Below are positions 37,862 through 51,652 of a stretch of 64,000 bases of DNA, in pieces. A program made the translations under genes and the position numbers. Below the pieces are notes generated by a model, which was not told the origin of the DNA, ran no database searches, and was given only the letters and a program-made list of their open reading frames with translations. Every line of letters begins with the position of its first letter. Within the stretch, counting starts at the first letter, position 1. Source of the DNA: Octopus vulgaris. Lineage: Eukaryota. The stretch lies in NCBI GenBank assembly GCA_951406725.2, contig OX597827.1, positions 83,700,001 through 83,764,000 on the forward strand, written 5' to 3'.

Positions 37862-40023
37862 ATTCTGTGTTTGTGGGTTAACAAGGCTACCAAGGGTTTC
37901 ATGTTAAAATATTTATACAATTGTTCAAGAGTGCAACATGGAAGTGTTGGTTCCATTAGATTACATAAAACTCGAAAGGATTTTGAAATAAATACACTTA
38001 TCATGGGAGGAGGTAACTTATAAAAATATCTTTGTTATCTCCCTTGCATTAACATTGGATTTTTGCAAGAAACTGCATTCACTGAAGATTAATTAATTCC
38101 ATAGTATATATATATATATATATATGCATGTGTGTGCATATATATATATATATATATGCATGTGTATAGATAAATATATATATACATATAACAGTCGTAG
38201 GTACTGTGGAAACTGGACTTCATCACTGGTGAAGCCATGTTTATAGAATAATTAGCAGTTAATTGCACTAACTCTTCCTTATTAATATTAATAAGGACCA
38301 CTGATGGCAGAGGCAAGGACACACAAATATGAAGACACAAGTTCAATTACACACAGAGTCATCGTCATCATCATCTTAGAAATTGTTGATTCTCTTCAAA
38401 GGTCAAAGGTCACCTCTTGTTTATCAAGCTGTAGAATTCATAATAATTAAAAATTATTAACCTGTTTATGTTCGATCAGTCCCCAGCTCTGACTTGTTGT
38501 CTCTTTATATTTTGGTGCAAAATAAACTGTGAAACAAGGTTCCTGGAAGAAAATTGCCCTATGTTATTGTTACAATATGGTGGAAAGAAATCCAAAGACC
38601 TAGTATTCAGTGGCACAAAGCTGTTAATAAAAAAGATTGTTCAAGCTACTTGAGGATGGGGGTAATGAGTATGTGATAAAAGGAGCAAGCAGATGAGTTT
38701 TGGATGAAGTGAAAGGTTATCTTAGGGAGATCTTTGTGTTTGTTGAAAAGTGACTCCTGAAAACCCGTAATGACGACTTGTCAGTGAGGGGACACAACAA
38801 ATTAGTTGAGTGCTACACAGTGAAAGGTCATTTCAAATCCCAGATGTATCAGGAAGGATGGCAGGTTTCCCCACCCCCTCAAGATGATGATGTTAAGGAA
38901 AGTGTCCAAAGCCTTCTGGGTAATAAAGCAGAAAGTCCCAAGTAGAAATTAATATAAACTGTACAACACTAGTGTGGCCCCAGCCGAGGGGAGAAGGATA
39001 TATTATTGTAGGCTCCACCTGAACCACTACTGTGACCCCATGAAGGGAATTTAGGGGTCTGGAGCAAGCTGGGAAGACATGGGCAAAAGTAAAATCTCCA
39101 GCTAAAGACAAGTGAAGAAGAAAAGCACCAGGGGGCGGACCAGGGGACGGATATATTAGTTTATTTGAGGCAGTGATAGAGTTGTGGCAGCGGTGGTGGT
39201 GGTGGTGGTGGTATTGCACGCTGGGAAATATGTGGGTGGTGATGGTGGTGGTGAGTAAGAAACACACACACACACAGATTAACAGATAAATACATACATA
39301 TATACATATATATATATCTGTGTATGTGTGTGTGTGTGTGTGTGTATTTATATATGTACATATATACATTAGGCAGAATAAAAGTAAGGATGAGGATATT
39401 GAGGGAGCCATAATCTCAACTGGCAACAGATGGATTCTTGCTCCCAGCGAAGGGAAGATTGTACGATGCATGTGCACAAAGTGCGATGCTGCATGGCAGC
39501 AAAACATGGGCACTGAATGCAGAGAATGTGCAAAGATTGGAAAGACATGAAAGCGAACAAGCTCCGCTGGGTGTATAAATGATGGAGTATAACAAAGCCG
39601 AGAGGGAATGGGTGTATATAATGAGGTGCAATGAGAGGGAGAGCGGGGTGGGTGAGTAGTTCAAAGAGATCCATGGAGGAAAAAGAAATTGTTTTTATGT
39701 CAAATTATAATCGAAGGAATTTAAGTGAAGGATTATTGTGAGGAAGGCTAGCAGTGTGAAACTCCGAGGTCACTGTCATCACTGTTTTTGTAAAAGTAAA
39801 CACCCACACCCACACACACACACATGCGTGTGTGTGTATATATATATGTATGTGTGTGTATGCGTGTGTGTATGTATACACCTGAAACACTGTGCTAAAG
39901 TTGGATTGGAGGTTGTCTGCTACAGGTTACAACGGTGTAGTGTACAGGCCTCAAGACTGTCCATGCAAGGTTGACATTGTCATGTTGTGTTGTGGACTTC
40001 ATTCATGTTGGCACATATATGTA

Positions 40024-40055
<32 letters not shown>

Positions 40056-40710
40056 GTGTAGATAGAATCCCAGACACTGCACTGTCACTACTAAGACTAC
40101 ACTTGTTTGGCAAATAAGCACAGCTGCATACGCACAGGGTGTGACGTGGCCAGCTACAGCTGTAAGGGAACTGTGTCACAGAGAGAACACACATGCACCA
40201 GGGAAACATACCCGCATGCATTAACATACACACATACACACACTATTTACAGTTGAGATTTTAGGTCAGTCTATTTTTCTACACACACACACAATAGACT
40301 TGTGTGTGCATAAGATAAATGTCTTTATAAACACATAATATAAATGTCTTTATATGTATATATACAGATGCATTCATAAGCACACATCCATATAAATATA
40401 AGTGTGTGTGTGTGTACCACAAAAAACATCTATAAAATTCTTCCCCATCACTATGTTCTGATGGATGCAAGGTGTAAAATCCAATGTTGGTCAAAAACCA
40501 TAAGGATATCCTGCAGAGGAGATAACAGCAAGGAAACAGTTAACACACTAGTAATGTATAGGTGTGTGTGTGTGTGTGTATTTGAAGGGTTAATGCAGAA
40601 AAATCTTGGTTCTTGAGTCACTCTGTAACTTCACTAATTATTATTTAAAAATGGGAATATACTCATGTTTCCCTGTTGGCATCATATACGTATATATTTA
40701 TATATACACA

Positions 40711-41536
40711 CAGAGGGTGTGATGGGTAAATTGTCACTATTTTATATTTTTTATTTCACGCATGTGCATTGTTTGTTTTTGATTTTGTTGACTACACAGT
40801 ATAGTAGGGTCAGTTGGGCACCATCTGTGAGAAAAACAGCACCATGATACTATTCACTCAGCCAGAAATTTGGAAATGACATGCTGTACTACTTGGCATT
40901 GGTACCAGAAGCTCCAATACGAACAGATGGTGAACATACTGAATAATCGCTGGCTTGCTGTGTCCCCAAAACATGTACCGAGAGTATTAAAGATCAAACA
41001 TTCAGTCAGCATCATGGCAACATTATGCTTCCATTCATCAAGTGCATGGAGCAGGTAATGCTACCCTGAGTCAAGAGAGTGGCTGCTGGAAGACCCTATG
41101 TCTGGCAACAGGACTCTGCACCTTATTACACAAGCAGGAGAACCCTGTCATGGCTGTTAAGTAATTTCTGCAATCACACCACTTCTAACAACTGGCCTCC
41201 TAACTTCCCAGACTGCAACCCCTTTGGTTATTATGTGTGGGGCACAGTTGAGTGAGAGACCAACAAAACTCTTTGTAACACCAAAGATGAACTGAAGGCA
41301 AGGATTATGGAAGCATTTACCAACTTAAACAAGGAGACCGTCCAGAAGAGTTGCAAGAGATTCCAAAGTCGTCTGGAGATTGTGGTTGAAATCAATGGCG
41401 ATTTTATTGGATAAATTTACTCTTTAGTATTTCAAGATATTTTTATGTAATTTTGGTAAATATATCTGTTAAAATGAGATGTCAGTGTTATTTTCAATTT
41501 TGTGTAATTTAGTCAATATATTCACCTCACCCTGTA
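40711..41536 (+). mobile_element. Decayed Tc1/mariner (maT/DD37D-like) element
   Basis: WQQDSAP and WPPNFPDCNP..YYVWG motifs at about 41100-41240; imperfect TIRs (CAG.GGGTG... / ...CACCCTG|TA). Confidence 0.72.
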
Positions 41537-41656
41537 CATATATATACACACACGCTTCATTTATGTATGTAGTTTGCAAGATTCTCAGTGAATTTGTGTT
41601 AAAACAAAGTTTTATTGTCTAGAAAAAAGACATATATATATGTGTGTGCATGTGTG

Positions 41657-41697
<41 letters not shown>

Positions 41698-42070
41698 GCA
41701 TTTATATACATTTTATATATTGTGGCTACTAAATCAATATATAACACCATTTAATTGATGAGGTGTTCTCTCTTATATTTCGGTTTCAAATTTTGGCACA
41801 AGGCCAGGTGAGGAGGGTGGTCAGTCAATTATATTGACCCTCCAAGGCTCAACTGGTACTTATTGTATTGACCCCAAAAGGACGAAAGGTGAAGTCAACC
41901 TCAATGGAATTTGAACTCAGAATGTAAAGACCAATAAAATATCACGAAGCATTTCGCCCGGCAACTCACTGCCTTCTCTCTGTTATTACGCATTGCTATT
42001 AAGTTTGGTGTCTTGTGAACACACACACATGTGTATATATGTATTGTGTATGTATATGCATGTGTCTATG

Positions 42071-42105
<35 letters not shown>

Positions 42106-42403
42106 ATCTATATATATATATATACACACACGAACACACACACATATATATGTATGTGTATGCATATGGATGTCAGTTGAGGAACATACCTATTGCCTTC
42201 TGATTATGAGTGTGTGTGTGTGTTTGTCTGTGTGATAGCAGGGAGGAATTTTTATCAAAAAAACAGAAAATGTTGTAAAATAAAATATTTGTACAATTGG
42301 GAAAGGGAAAGTTCGATGCCTGAAAATAGTTTCCATTGTCATGTATATATATATATATATGTGTGTGTGTATAGCAGGACATTTCATATATATATATATA
42401 TGT

Positions 42404-42504
<101 letters not shown>

Positions 42505-42564
42505 GTATATATAATATATATGTTGTGTGTATATATATATATATTTATATTTCCATATATATGT

Positions 42565-42606
<42 letters not shown>

Positions 42607-42903
42607 TGTATGCACATTTAGACATGCTATTCACATTTTGCTGTGTGTCTACATTTGCACAGGCGTATATCAATGGACAGGACTAACCAAAACACACAAA
42701 CACTTTTACATGCACTGAATATGTTTTCTCTCATTTGAAAATCTAAATGCAAATATACACGTGTATATGTGTGTGTGCATATATATATATATGTACACAC
42801 ACACATGCAACATACTAATCATATACATACATGTATATATATATACACACATACACACCACAAAGTTATTGACAGATAACTATCCATACATATATATATA
42901 TAC

Positions 42904-43172
<269 letters not shown>

Positions 43173-43286
43173 GTGTATGCGTGTGTGTGCATGTATGTAT
43201 GCATGTTAAAGTGAACAGATAGATATGTGTGTGTATATATATATATATACACACACACATGTATATATACACACACACATATATAT

Positions 43287-43329
<43 letters not shown>

Positions 43330-43696
43330 TATATATTAAAATATGTTCTTGTATATACAACTTGAGCAGTGTGTGTATATATGAATGCAGGTATGTGTAT
43401 AATTCCATAGTTTGTGTGCTTTTTTTCCTTTCTTTCTTTTGTGTCTTTAAAGATTCAAGAAATCAATTTTCCTTGGTCAGTTCCTTCTTCACGCCATCGT
43501 TGCGTGCCTCCTCAAGGTCAGGAGTTTGGCAAGAGAAGATTCCAGAAAAGCTGTTCCCCCCCCCCATATTTTTGGTTGTCTTCAGCAGTTTTACTTAAAG
43601 AATAGAGTTTGTCTGTGTGTCACAGGTGGCACCCTGCCATATCTACGTGCCTCTACTCAGCCACTGTAAAAGAGTTTGTCTCTAGTTGTGTTGGCA

Positions 43697-44031
43697 TTAG
43701 TGACGGAGTGGAGGAATGGAGGACGATGCGACGCGGCAGCTGGAGCTGCCGGACATACTGCTGGAGCCAGCATGGATGTTTGGGGTGTGGTAGGCGGACA
43801 TCTGTGGGTAGTTGACTGGGTACTCATGGTGGCTAGTCGGTACAGGAAGGTGCTGGACATGTTGGTGGTTGGAGCTGTGTGAAGTCTGTGAACAGCAACC
43901 ATGGCATCGGATACCAAGGAATACAGCTCCAATAATAATGGCAAGCATAACAACAGGAATACAGATGGCGAGGAGAGGGATTCCGGAGGTGGACGGAGGA
44001 ATTTTTTGGTTTGGTCGATAAAGCTTTGGAT
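43697..44031 (-). CDS. FGFRL1: FGFRL1 last coding exon: TM helix and short His/Ser-rich kinase-less tail
   Basis: ttcacag| acceptor, phase 1. Encodes DPKLYRP...GIPLLAICIPVVMLAIIIGAVFLGI (TM), then RCHGCC...HEYPVNYPQM...PPLRH stop. No kinase domain. Confidence 0.88.
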
Positions 44032-44088
44032 CTGTGAAGTAAAAGAAGAAAGAAAAGGGTTACAAAACAGTTTTAGGTGTATTTGTGC

Positions 44089-44128
<40 letters not shown>

Positions 44129-44209
44129 CTGCATGTGTGCATGTATGTATGCATAAGTTACATCTTTTTTACTCTGTTATGTGGGTAAATGAATGCATGT
44201 GTGTGTTTG

Positions 44210-44850
44210 TGCATATAAGGGCCTTGTCCTCAGAGTGAATGACAGATTGCATGAGGCCGGTGTACATACAGTTATGTTACATGGCAGTGAAACATGGGCT
44301 TTGACAACAGAGGACTTGTGAAGGCTTGAAAGAACTGAAAGTAGCATGCTCTGCTGGATGGGTAATGTCAGGGTGCACATATGACAGAGTGGAAATGATT
44401 AAAGAAGGAAACCGGTATACGAAGCAAGAGAGAAGACTCTGTTGGTTTGGTCATGTCATGCATATGGATGAGGAGAGCTGTGTAAAGATGTGCTGAGCTC
44501 TAATTGTGGAGGGAACTTGTGGAAGGGGTAGACCCAGGAAGACATGGGATAAAGTGGTGAGAAAGGATCTTCGCTTGCTGGGCTCTTCCACACATACAGG
44601 CTTGTCCTTTACAGGTGCTGGTGCAACATAAAATGCACTCGTGCTAGTGCTGCATAGAGGCACCTGTGCCAGTGGCACATTAAAAGCACCCAGCAGACTT
44701 TCCAAAGTGATTGGCATATGGAAGGGCACCCAGCTGCAGAAAACCTGCCAAAACAGACAACTGGTGTCTGGCGAGCTCCATGTCAAACCATCCAACCCAT
44801 GCCAGCATGGAAAACAGGTGTTAAACAATGATGATGATGATGATGATGAT
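44210..44850 (+). mobile_element. RTE 3' fragment with its 3' UTR/(GAT)n tail
   Basis: Similar to 6300-6700 (GSETW, GRGRPRKTWD). Ends CCATGCCAGCATGGAAAACAGGTGTTAAAC(AATGAT)(GAT)n. Confidence 0.8.
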
Positions 44851-45416
44851 ATATACTGAACGCCCCCTAGTGACATTGTATGAACAACTTGATAATGGGC
44901 AGCAGCATTTCATTGACTGTAGCAATGTCTGAGTGACCAGTTGGTATGAGAGCAATGTGTTCACCAGTTCTGGGATTGACTGAAACCCTTGAGGGCAGTA
45001 CTCCAGTGTGGCCACAATCCCTCTAATGACTGGGCACAGGAATGACTGTGTGGTTAAGAAGCTCACATGTCAGGCACATGGTTTTAGGTTCAATCCCACA
45101 GTGTGGCACCATGGTTGAGGGTCTTCTTTCATAATTTCAACATTGAATGAAGCATTAGTTGAGGAAACCCTTGGAGAATGGGGCTGCTTCCTGGTTTTGA
45201 AGGGTTCATTTACTGTTGGCTGCTTTTAGTGTGGTACAATCTGTTGCAAGTATAAGGACCAGGTTTCCAGTTGGAGGATAATTTCCTCCCATCATCTCAT
45301 CAGGTCTGCAGAGGAGTTGGGGTAAAGTAAGAACTGTTCTTCTAATCATAAAGGAATTAAAAAAACAAAAAAAAAACATAACAAAAAACCACAACAAAAA
45401 TAAAAGTTAAGAATAC

Positions 45417-45654
45417 CTGGATGCACTTTCAGGAAAGCCTGTCGGCTGCTGATCCCGAGACTTGTGGCCCCTAAACATATGTATAATCCTGAATCTTCTG
45501 ATGTGATCCTTTTTAGTGTCAATTTATTCACGTAAGAACCATCTGGTCGTTTCCAGTTTTCACCAGATTTTAGTACAACAAATTTCCGGCCTTTCACTTC
45601 AATGGTGTGGTTGACATTGGAAAGGGTGGAGGGGTCATCGACCCATTTCAGCCA
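45417..45654 (-). CDS. FGFRL1: FGFRL1 Ig3 second-half exon
   Basis: ttccag| ... |gtattc; 238 nt, phase 0-1. Encodes WLKWVDD...TIEVKGRKFVVLKSGENWKRPDGSYVNKL...DSGLYICLGATSLGISSRQAFLKVHP; RPDGSY.NKL and YICLGA are FGFRL1-specific. Confidence 0.95.
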
Positions 45655-45768
45655 CTGGAAACGGAGAAGGGAGAAACGAGGTTACATTTCTTGGAATGAG
45701 GCAGAAGACTAAAAATGGACACAGGTGATCGGTCAGTTTAATGTCTAATATATATATGTGTGTATGTG

Positions 45769-45827
<59 letters not shown>

Positions 45828-46245
45828 TATAGATTCATTGGTGGATAGACAGATAGATGTACATAAACACATATGCAAATAGTTGAATGTTTAGGTAAAA
45901 AGAGAGAAAGTGAGAGTTTAACCAACACACACAGATATACAATAGTTGTTAGATAATGAGATATAATTAGTGCTAAGATAATTACGTGAGAGAGAGCAGT
46001 AGATACTTAATTAAATATTATTATATAAAGAGGAAAATACAGTATTAGTCAATGATTTATCATACTCCAAGGAATTCATGAAATAAGGGAGATAACTGCA
46101 AACATGTTTGACTGTATTAGAACTCATCAGTGACACAGACTTGACAGTAGTAGTGATGGTGGTAGAAACGCTGAGTGAATATAATAAAGGAGATTGTTGG
46201 GTGTAGATAATGAGAGGGAGGATGTATCTGAGAAGTTGACATTAA

Positions 46246-46466
46246 CCCTTTCGTTACCAACCCGGCTGAAACTGGCTCTGGCTCTGTAGTACAAATGTCT
46301 TGTTTTTGTAAGTTTTGAATCAAAATCTTCCACCAAACTTTAGTCACAATTTATGTTGCTAACACTAGCTGAATGATAACTAAGTTATTTTACTAAATTC
46401 TTTGTTATATTTAATGTAATTGAAAGAAACACAGAGCATCTCAAAATAAATACAGTAACAAAAGGG
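46246..46466. mobile_element. piggyBac-type MITE
   Basis: TTAA|CCCTTTCGTTAC ... GTAACAAAAGGG|TTAA: TTAA TSD and CCC termini. Confidence 0.8.
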
Positions 46467-46479
46467 TTAAACAAGTCAA

Positions 46480-46512
<33 letters not shown>

Positions 46513-47129
46513 AATAGTCTGGTGTATATTAACATAGAGCATACACATCACTGACCACTACACATGCACAGTTTTATATATATATATATATACACACACA
46601 CACGCACAGTTTATATATACATACTACACTGTATACTGACCACTGTCTATACACACTAAACTTTGACCCCTTGACCTATAACACATTAATCCACCCACTT
46701 CATATGTTTACTCCCATCCCACCCTCATCCCGTTACTATAGCAACTCCTTCACATGAAAACAATCTGTTAGCTTTCTCCTCTTCTGCCTCATCACAAAAC
46801 TCAGTCAAACTCTCACCTTTACAAATTAATTGTGTCCAACACAGAACCAACATCACAACCACCCAGGTTCCTCCCACTCTAGTGATTACAGATGCACCTT
46901 ACATCTACAGGGTCCTACCTGCCCTCCCCTTACATTAGGGTACACACCTGCATGCTACAATCACAAAGGATCACAGTCAGATGGTTTAAGGGACTAGGTT
47001 CCTGCTACCCACTAAATAGCCCTTCAGCTCCACTGACAGAGCTACTCACACTGTTACTGCCCTAAACAGGGCACCCAGACAGCCTGATGTCTCCAGGGTA
47101 AGTGAAAATGATGTGGTGGTCCACAACAT

Positions 47130-48060
47130 TTCTATTTGCATAAAGATGCAGTCTGTTATTGCAACAAGGACTTCACAGAAATGGACTGAAGAATAAAGAA
47201 GTATATATTATGTCTAAAAGCCATTGAACTATGGCAGTACAAATGAGAAAGGAGCTAAAAACTCCGCCTTTGCTGACCCTGTGTCAACGCAAACCATTTG
47301 TTATGAGCTCCCTAGAACTAAATACCATGGGACGGCTGCAAGTGCTAAATCTCTTTTGGTCTGCATCAACATTGATAAACCGCAAAGGGGTGTCCAGACC
47401 ATCAGAAGTGGTCAATGGCTCAATGGAACAATGTTATCTTCTTTGATGAATCATCATTCACCCCTTTTCCCCACTTTGGAGACAGTTCAAAGAAGGCTTC
47501 AGCCCTGACTCTTTGGTCCCTACCATGAATCATAGAGCTGACTCTGTGAAGATTTGGGCAGACGTATCATGGAATTCTCTTGGCTGTTTCGTTGTTCTAC
47601 ACGGCAGAGTCAATGCCAAGGATTATCTGAGTATTTTGGCTGACCATGTCCATCCTCTGGACATGGTCCTTATTCCCTGATGGTCAAACAAGCTTCCAGG
47701 ATGACAATGCACTGATTCACGTGGCCAATGTTATTCGGAATTTATGGGAAGAGCACAAAAACGAAATGAATCACTCGGATTGGGATTGGCCCCCAACAAT
47801 CCCTGGATCTCAATAGAATCAAACATTTAGGGTACATTTAGGAGCGGCAAATGAAGGGCTGTTTCACTCCCCTATTATTGTTGCAGAAAGAACTAAAGCA
47901 GGCTTTTCTAAAAGAATGGCTGGAACCGTCCAGAACTTGTATGAGTGAATTCTTTGATGCATGAAAACTGTGATTAATGCCAAAGTTGGACCAACTCCAT
48001 CTTACTCAATAAAAACTTCCATTTAACAAAGAGTCTCTGTTATTTTGCTCAACTTGTGTA
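47130..48060 (+). mobile_element. Decayed Tc1-like (DD34E) transposase remnant
   Basis: WNNVIFFDESSF, FQDDNA.IH and WPP.S.DLN.I motifs across broken frames. Confidence 0.75.
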
Positions 48061-48220
48061 GATAATGCATTCTAGACACATATACACCATAAAACAAAGA
48101 TAGGATGGTCACAGCTGGAATGTCTTGATTAGAGCCACTCTGGAACAAAACAAGAAGCAGAGTCTTACAGTGAGATGACACATTGTGGAGGATGGGGGTT
48201 GGCAGGTTGCACCATCTTAC

Positions 48221-48339
48221 TTTTATGTGAGGTTGGACTTCACTTTTGACATGACACTGGAATGACGCCTGCTCCCCCCTTTGAGCCGTTTGGTTGAGGG
48301 GGTGTGGCGGCAGCAGCTGCGGCTTTCTTTGAACTTTTT
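48221..48339 (-). CDS. FGFRL1: FGFRL1 Ig3 first-half exon
   Basis: tttttcag| ... |gtaaga; 119 nt, phase 1-0. Encodes EKVQRKPQLLPPHPLNQTAQRGEQASFQCHVKSEVQPHIK. Confidence 0.93.
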
Positions 48340-48615
48340 CTGAAAAACACAAATAGGATTGTGAAGAGAGGAAATAATAATAGTTTTAATACGAGTTTCA
48401 GTAATGATGATGTTGGTGATGTTGATGATGATGGTGGAGGTAATGATGATGATGATAGTGATGGTTATAATGTTGTTGATGTTGATAGTGATGGGGGACA
48501 GATAAAGATGTAATAAAGGAGAAAAGATGTCTAAGACTGGAGAGAAAGAGTTAAACAGATGTAATGACACACAGAGAAAAAAAAGGTGCATTTGAAGAAA
48601 GATGTTGTCACTTAC

Positions 48616-48906
48616 CGACAACTTCCAGAGAATATGTATAATTGATGGTACCATGGATGTTAGTGACCACACAAGTGTACTGGCCACTGTCCTCTTGTCG
48701 TAAATCATCAATCTTTAACGTCCAACGTAGTCTACTGTCCTGATAGTTGCCCATGTTATCAGATGTCCACATCTGACCATCCTTCAGCCATTGTATCTCC
48801 GGCCGTGGGTTACCACTCGCTCGACATCGGAACCTTATGGAACTTCCAACCGGGCGCGGGATTGACTTTTTTTTCATCTTACTCAGGTGCAGGAAACGGG
48901 GCTCAG
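48616..48906 (-). CDS. FGFRL1: FGFRL1 Ig2 exon
   Basis: ttttgaag| ... |gtaagt; 291 nt, phase 1-1. Encodes EPRFLHLSKMKKKSIPRPVGSSIRFRCRASGNPRPEIQWLKDG...WTLKIDDLRQEDSGQYTCVVTNIHGTINYTYSLEVV, with the basic heparin-binding stretch and the RPVGSS motif of FGFRL1. Confidence 0.95.
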
Positions 48907-49277
48907 CTTCAAAACAAAGAAAGGACCCTTTATTTTAAGGGGACAGACAGACAGCTTCAAAACAAAGAAAGGACCCTTTACTTTAAGGGGACAGACAGAC
49001 AGCTTCAAAACAAAGAAAGGACCCTTTACTTTAAGGGGACAGACAGACAGCTTCAAAACAAAGAAAGGACCCTTTACTTTAAAGGGACAGACAGACAGCT
49101 TCAAAACAAAGAAAGGACCCTTTATTTTAAGGGGACAGACAGACAGCTTCAAAACAAAGAAAGGACCCTTTACTTTAAGGGGACAGACAGACAGCTTCAA
49201 AACAAAGAAAGGACCCTTTACTTTAAGGGGACAGACAGACAGCTTCAAAACAAAGAAAGGACCCTTTACTTTAAGGC
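48904..49277. repeat. 48-bp minisatellite, about 8 copies, containing the FGFRL1 Ig2 splice acceptor
   Basis: Unit CAGCTTCAAAACAAAGAAAGGACCCTTTA(C/T)TTTAAGGGGACAGACAGA. Confidence 0.97.
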
Positions 49278-50307
49278 CACTGTTCAGCTCAACACACATC
49301 TATACACGTACAACTAATTGTATTAATGCTACTGGGTGAGGGGGGGGGAAGAAAGATTGTGAAGATCTTGAGTAGAACTGCTCCCTATGCACCCCACACC
49401 ATAAAGAAGGATTAGCTGAATCCATGAATGGCGGGTGAGGGGGGGGGTCTTAATGTATTGTTGACATTTTTGTTGTTTCTTTCTGATGCTCAGGGATTGC
49501 TCCAGGAGGGCCACACCAAGCTCCAGTTGTCTGGTTTGGCATGGTTTGTAGGGCTGGATGCCCAGGTTGGTGTCAGGAAGAGCATCCAGCCATAAAACTG
49601 ACAACTGGAACTTGTTGTAGTCCCCTGGCTTGCCAGCTCCTGACAATCCGTCCAAGCCATGCCAGCATGGAAAATGGACATTAAATGATAATGATGATGA
49701 TGATGATATATAATATGACTCTTCTGTGTGTGTGTTTATGTTGTTGACTGTTATGTAGTTGCTTGTATTTGATGTCTGCTGTTGTTGTTGTTGTTGTAGA
49801 CAATAGATTCGGTAGGTGTTACTTTCAATCTGTCTTTGTGGAACCAAATTTTTTCCAAAGCAGTGTAATGTGTGAGGTTGTGAAGACAGGTTTAAAAATG
49901 GGAGAGAGAATGAATCCCTGTTGTATTCCAATAGTAAATTCTGGAGTGTTGTTCCTCTATATTACTTAGTCTTAGCAACCTGACAGGTAGTTGGAGGTGG
50001 TGGTCATTATTTTGTTAAGGCGAGTGTGGAGTCCATTGCCAATGTTGATGGTTATTAGAATGGTATAGGCTGTAGCGTAGTGGTTTGGATCAATGTTATT
50101 TAGAGGGGAGGGGGGATACAACCTTTACAATGTTATCTGACATGATAGAAACTTCAGCTAAATGTCCTTCACATTTTCCTTGGGATAAAGAAGTCTTCAC
50201 TGTAAGATAGGATGGTCATAGCTGGAATGTCATTTTAAAGGGAGTGAATGAAACTAGAAAATCTCTGAAGAATAGAGAGAAGACATGACAGCTCCTAAAT
50301 AACTTAC

Positions 50308-50373
50308 TTGCTCCTGTAGGGTCCAGTTGGTGAGGGTAGAGATTGTTCTGTTGGCTACTTTCTTTCTTCTCAG
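50308..50373 (-). CDS. FGFRL1: FGFRL1 Ig1-Ig2 linker exon (predicted)
   Basis: tttgcag| ... |gtaagt; 66 nt, phase 1-1, open frame (P)EKKESSQQNNLYPHQLDPTGA. Lies where FGFR-family genes have a linker/acid-box exon. Confidence 0.7.
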
Positions 50374-51566
50374 CTGCAAACAACAACAACAACAATTATA
50401 CTAAGACTGGCAGCAACAGTGGTGGTGGTGGTGGGCATTTGTTTTTGACAAGGCAACAAGAGGAACATGTCCTGGTGTATTACTGGTACAAATTACAAAG
50501 CTCAGGCATGCTGTAAGAAATCTAATGGGGGTGAGATGTGAAATGTAGGATAATGTTAAACATTAAGTGAGATGATGTCATATCGGGATTTGATATCATG
50601 CCCCCCCCCCCCCCACCAAGGTAGAAATAAAGACACTGACAGACAGATAGACTGACAGACAGATAGACTGACAGACAGATAGACTGACACATAAACATTA
50701 AGAAAAGAAAAGACAAAAGATGGAATTCTAGTAATGGTGGTGGTGGTGGTGGTGGTCAGTCATTTAACACACAACAACAAACACCACCATGTCCACTGCA
50801 ATGGTTGCTGTGGTGGTGGTGGTGGTGGTGGTTACAGTTAATTGATTAAATCTACTCCAGTAGTTAATTAGTAATTATTGGCCAAGGAGAGATGAATAAC
50901 CAAATCAACTCTGGTTTGCTTTGAACTCACAACAGTTCAGTGAAATCCCTGACAAAGCACAACACTTTACCATTACAGCCATCTGACCCCACCACCAGCA
51001 CCACCAACAATAACAACAACAACAGTATCATGTAAGAGGTGGGGAATAGTGCCAGTGAGCATGAACACACACTCATCTTCCCCCCCCCCCCCCGGCTGTG
51101 TGCCTGTCTCAGCCATACAGACAATGGTAAGATGCTGGAAATGGAAATGATAATGATGGAGCTGGTGCTAATGGTGGTTGGTGGAGGTGATGTCCTCAAT
51201 GTAAGAGAGGAATGTTAACAAGCCGGTCTGTAGAGGGGGTGGGGACACACGGACACACAATATTAACAATGTTTTTACATGGAGACCCACCCCTCCCTCA
51301 TTGCTTACACCACCACCACCGCCGCCCAGTGTCACCCCTGCCCCTCCCCCACTGCCCTCAGTTTCAGATGTAAATGGAAGACTGAAATGTTCAGACATGT
51401 TTATTGGCGGGTGGGGGGCAAAAATGGACTCTGTCAGTAATTTTAGGACATTAGGACAGAGTAATGGGGAGGGAATGTGTGTGTGCAGAGGTGTATGGAT
51501 GTATGTATACATGGTGAGTGTATGTCTCTGTGCATACATGTGTTTATGTTTGCTTTTTATGCCTAT

Positions 51567-51652
<86 letters not shown>

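Noticed and set aside
44010-44031. PKLY resembling the vertebrate FGFRL1 cytoplasmic PKLYPKLY motif
   Set aside because: It lies N-terminal of the TM helix (extracellular), so the match is coincidental.
43657-44154. 165-aa ORF over the last FGFRL1 exon
   Set aside because: Starts in a microsatellite and is not the frame dictated by the phase-1 splice; the spliced frame gives the TM helix.
48904-49277. CRISPR-like array
   Set aside because: Units are contiguous with no unique spacers; eukaryotic intron; no cas genes.
48763-49339. Repetitive ORFs of 138-184 aa (LQNKERTLYFKGTDRQ)n
   Set aside because: Products of the 48-bp intronic minisatellite being open in some frames; no gene context.
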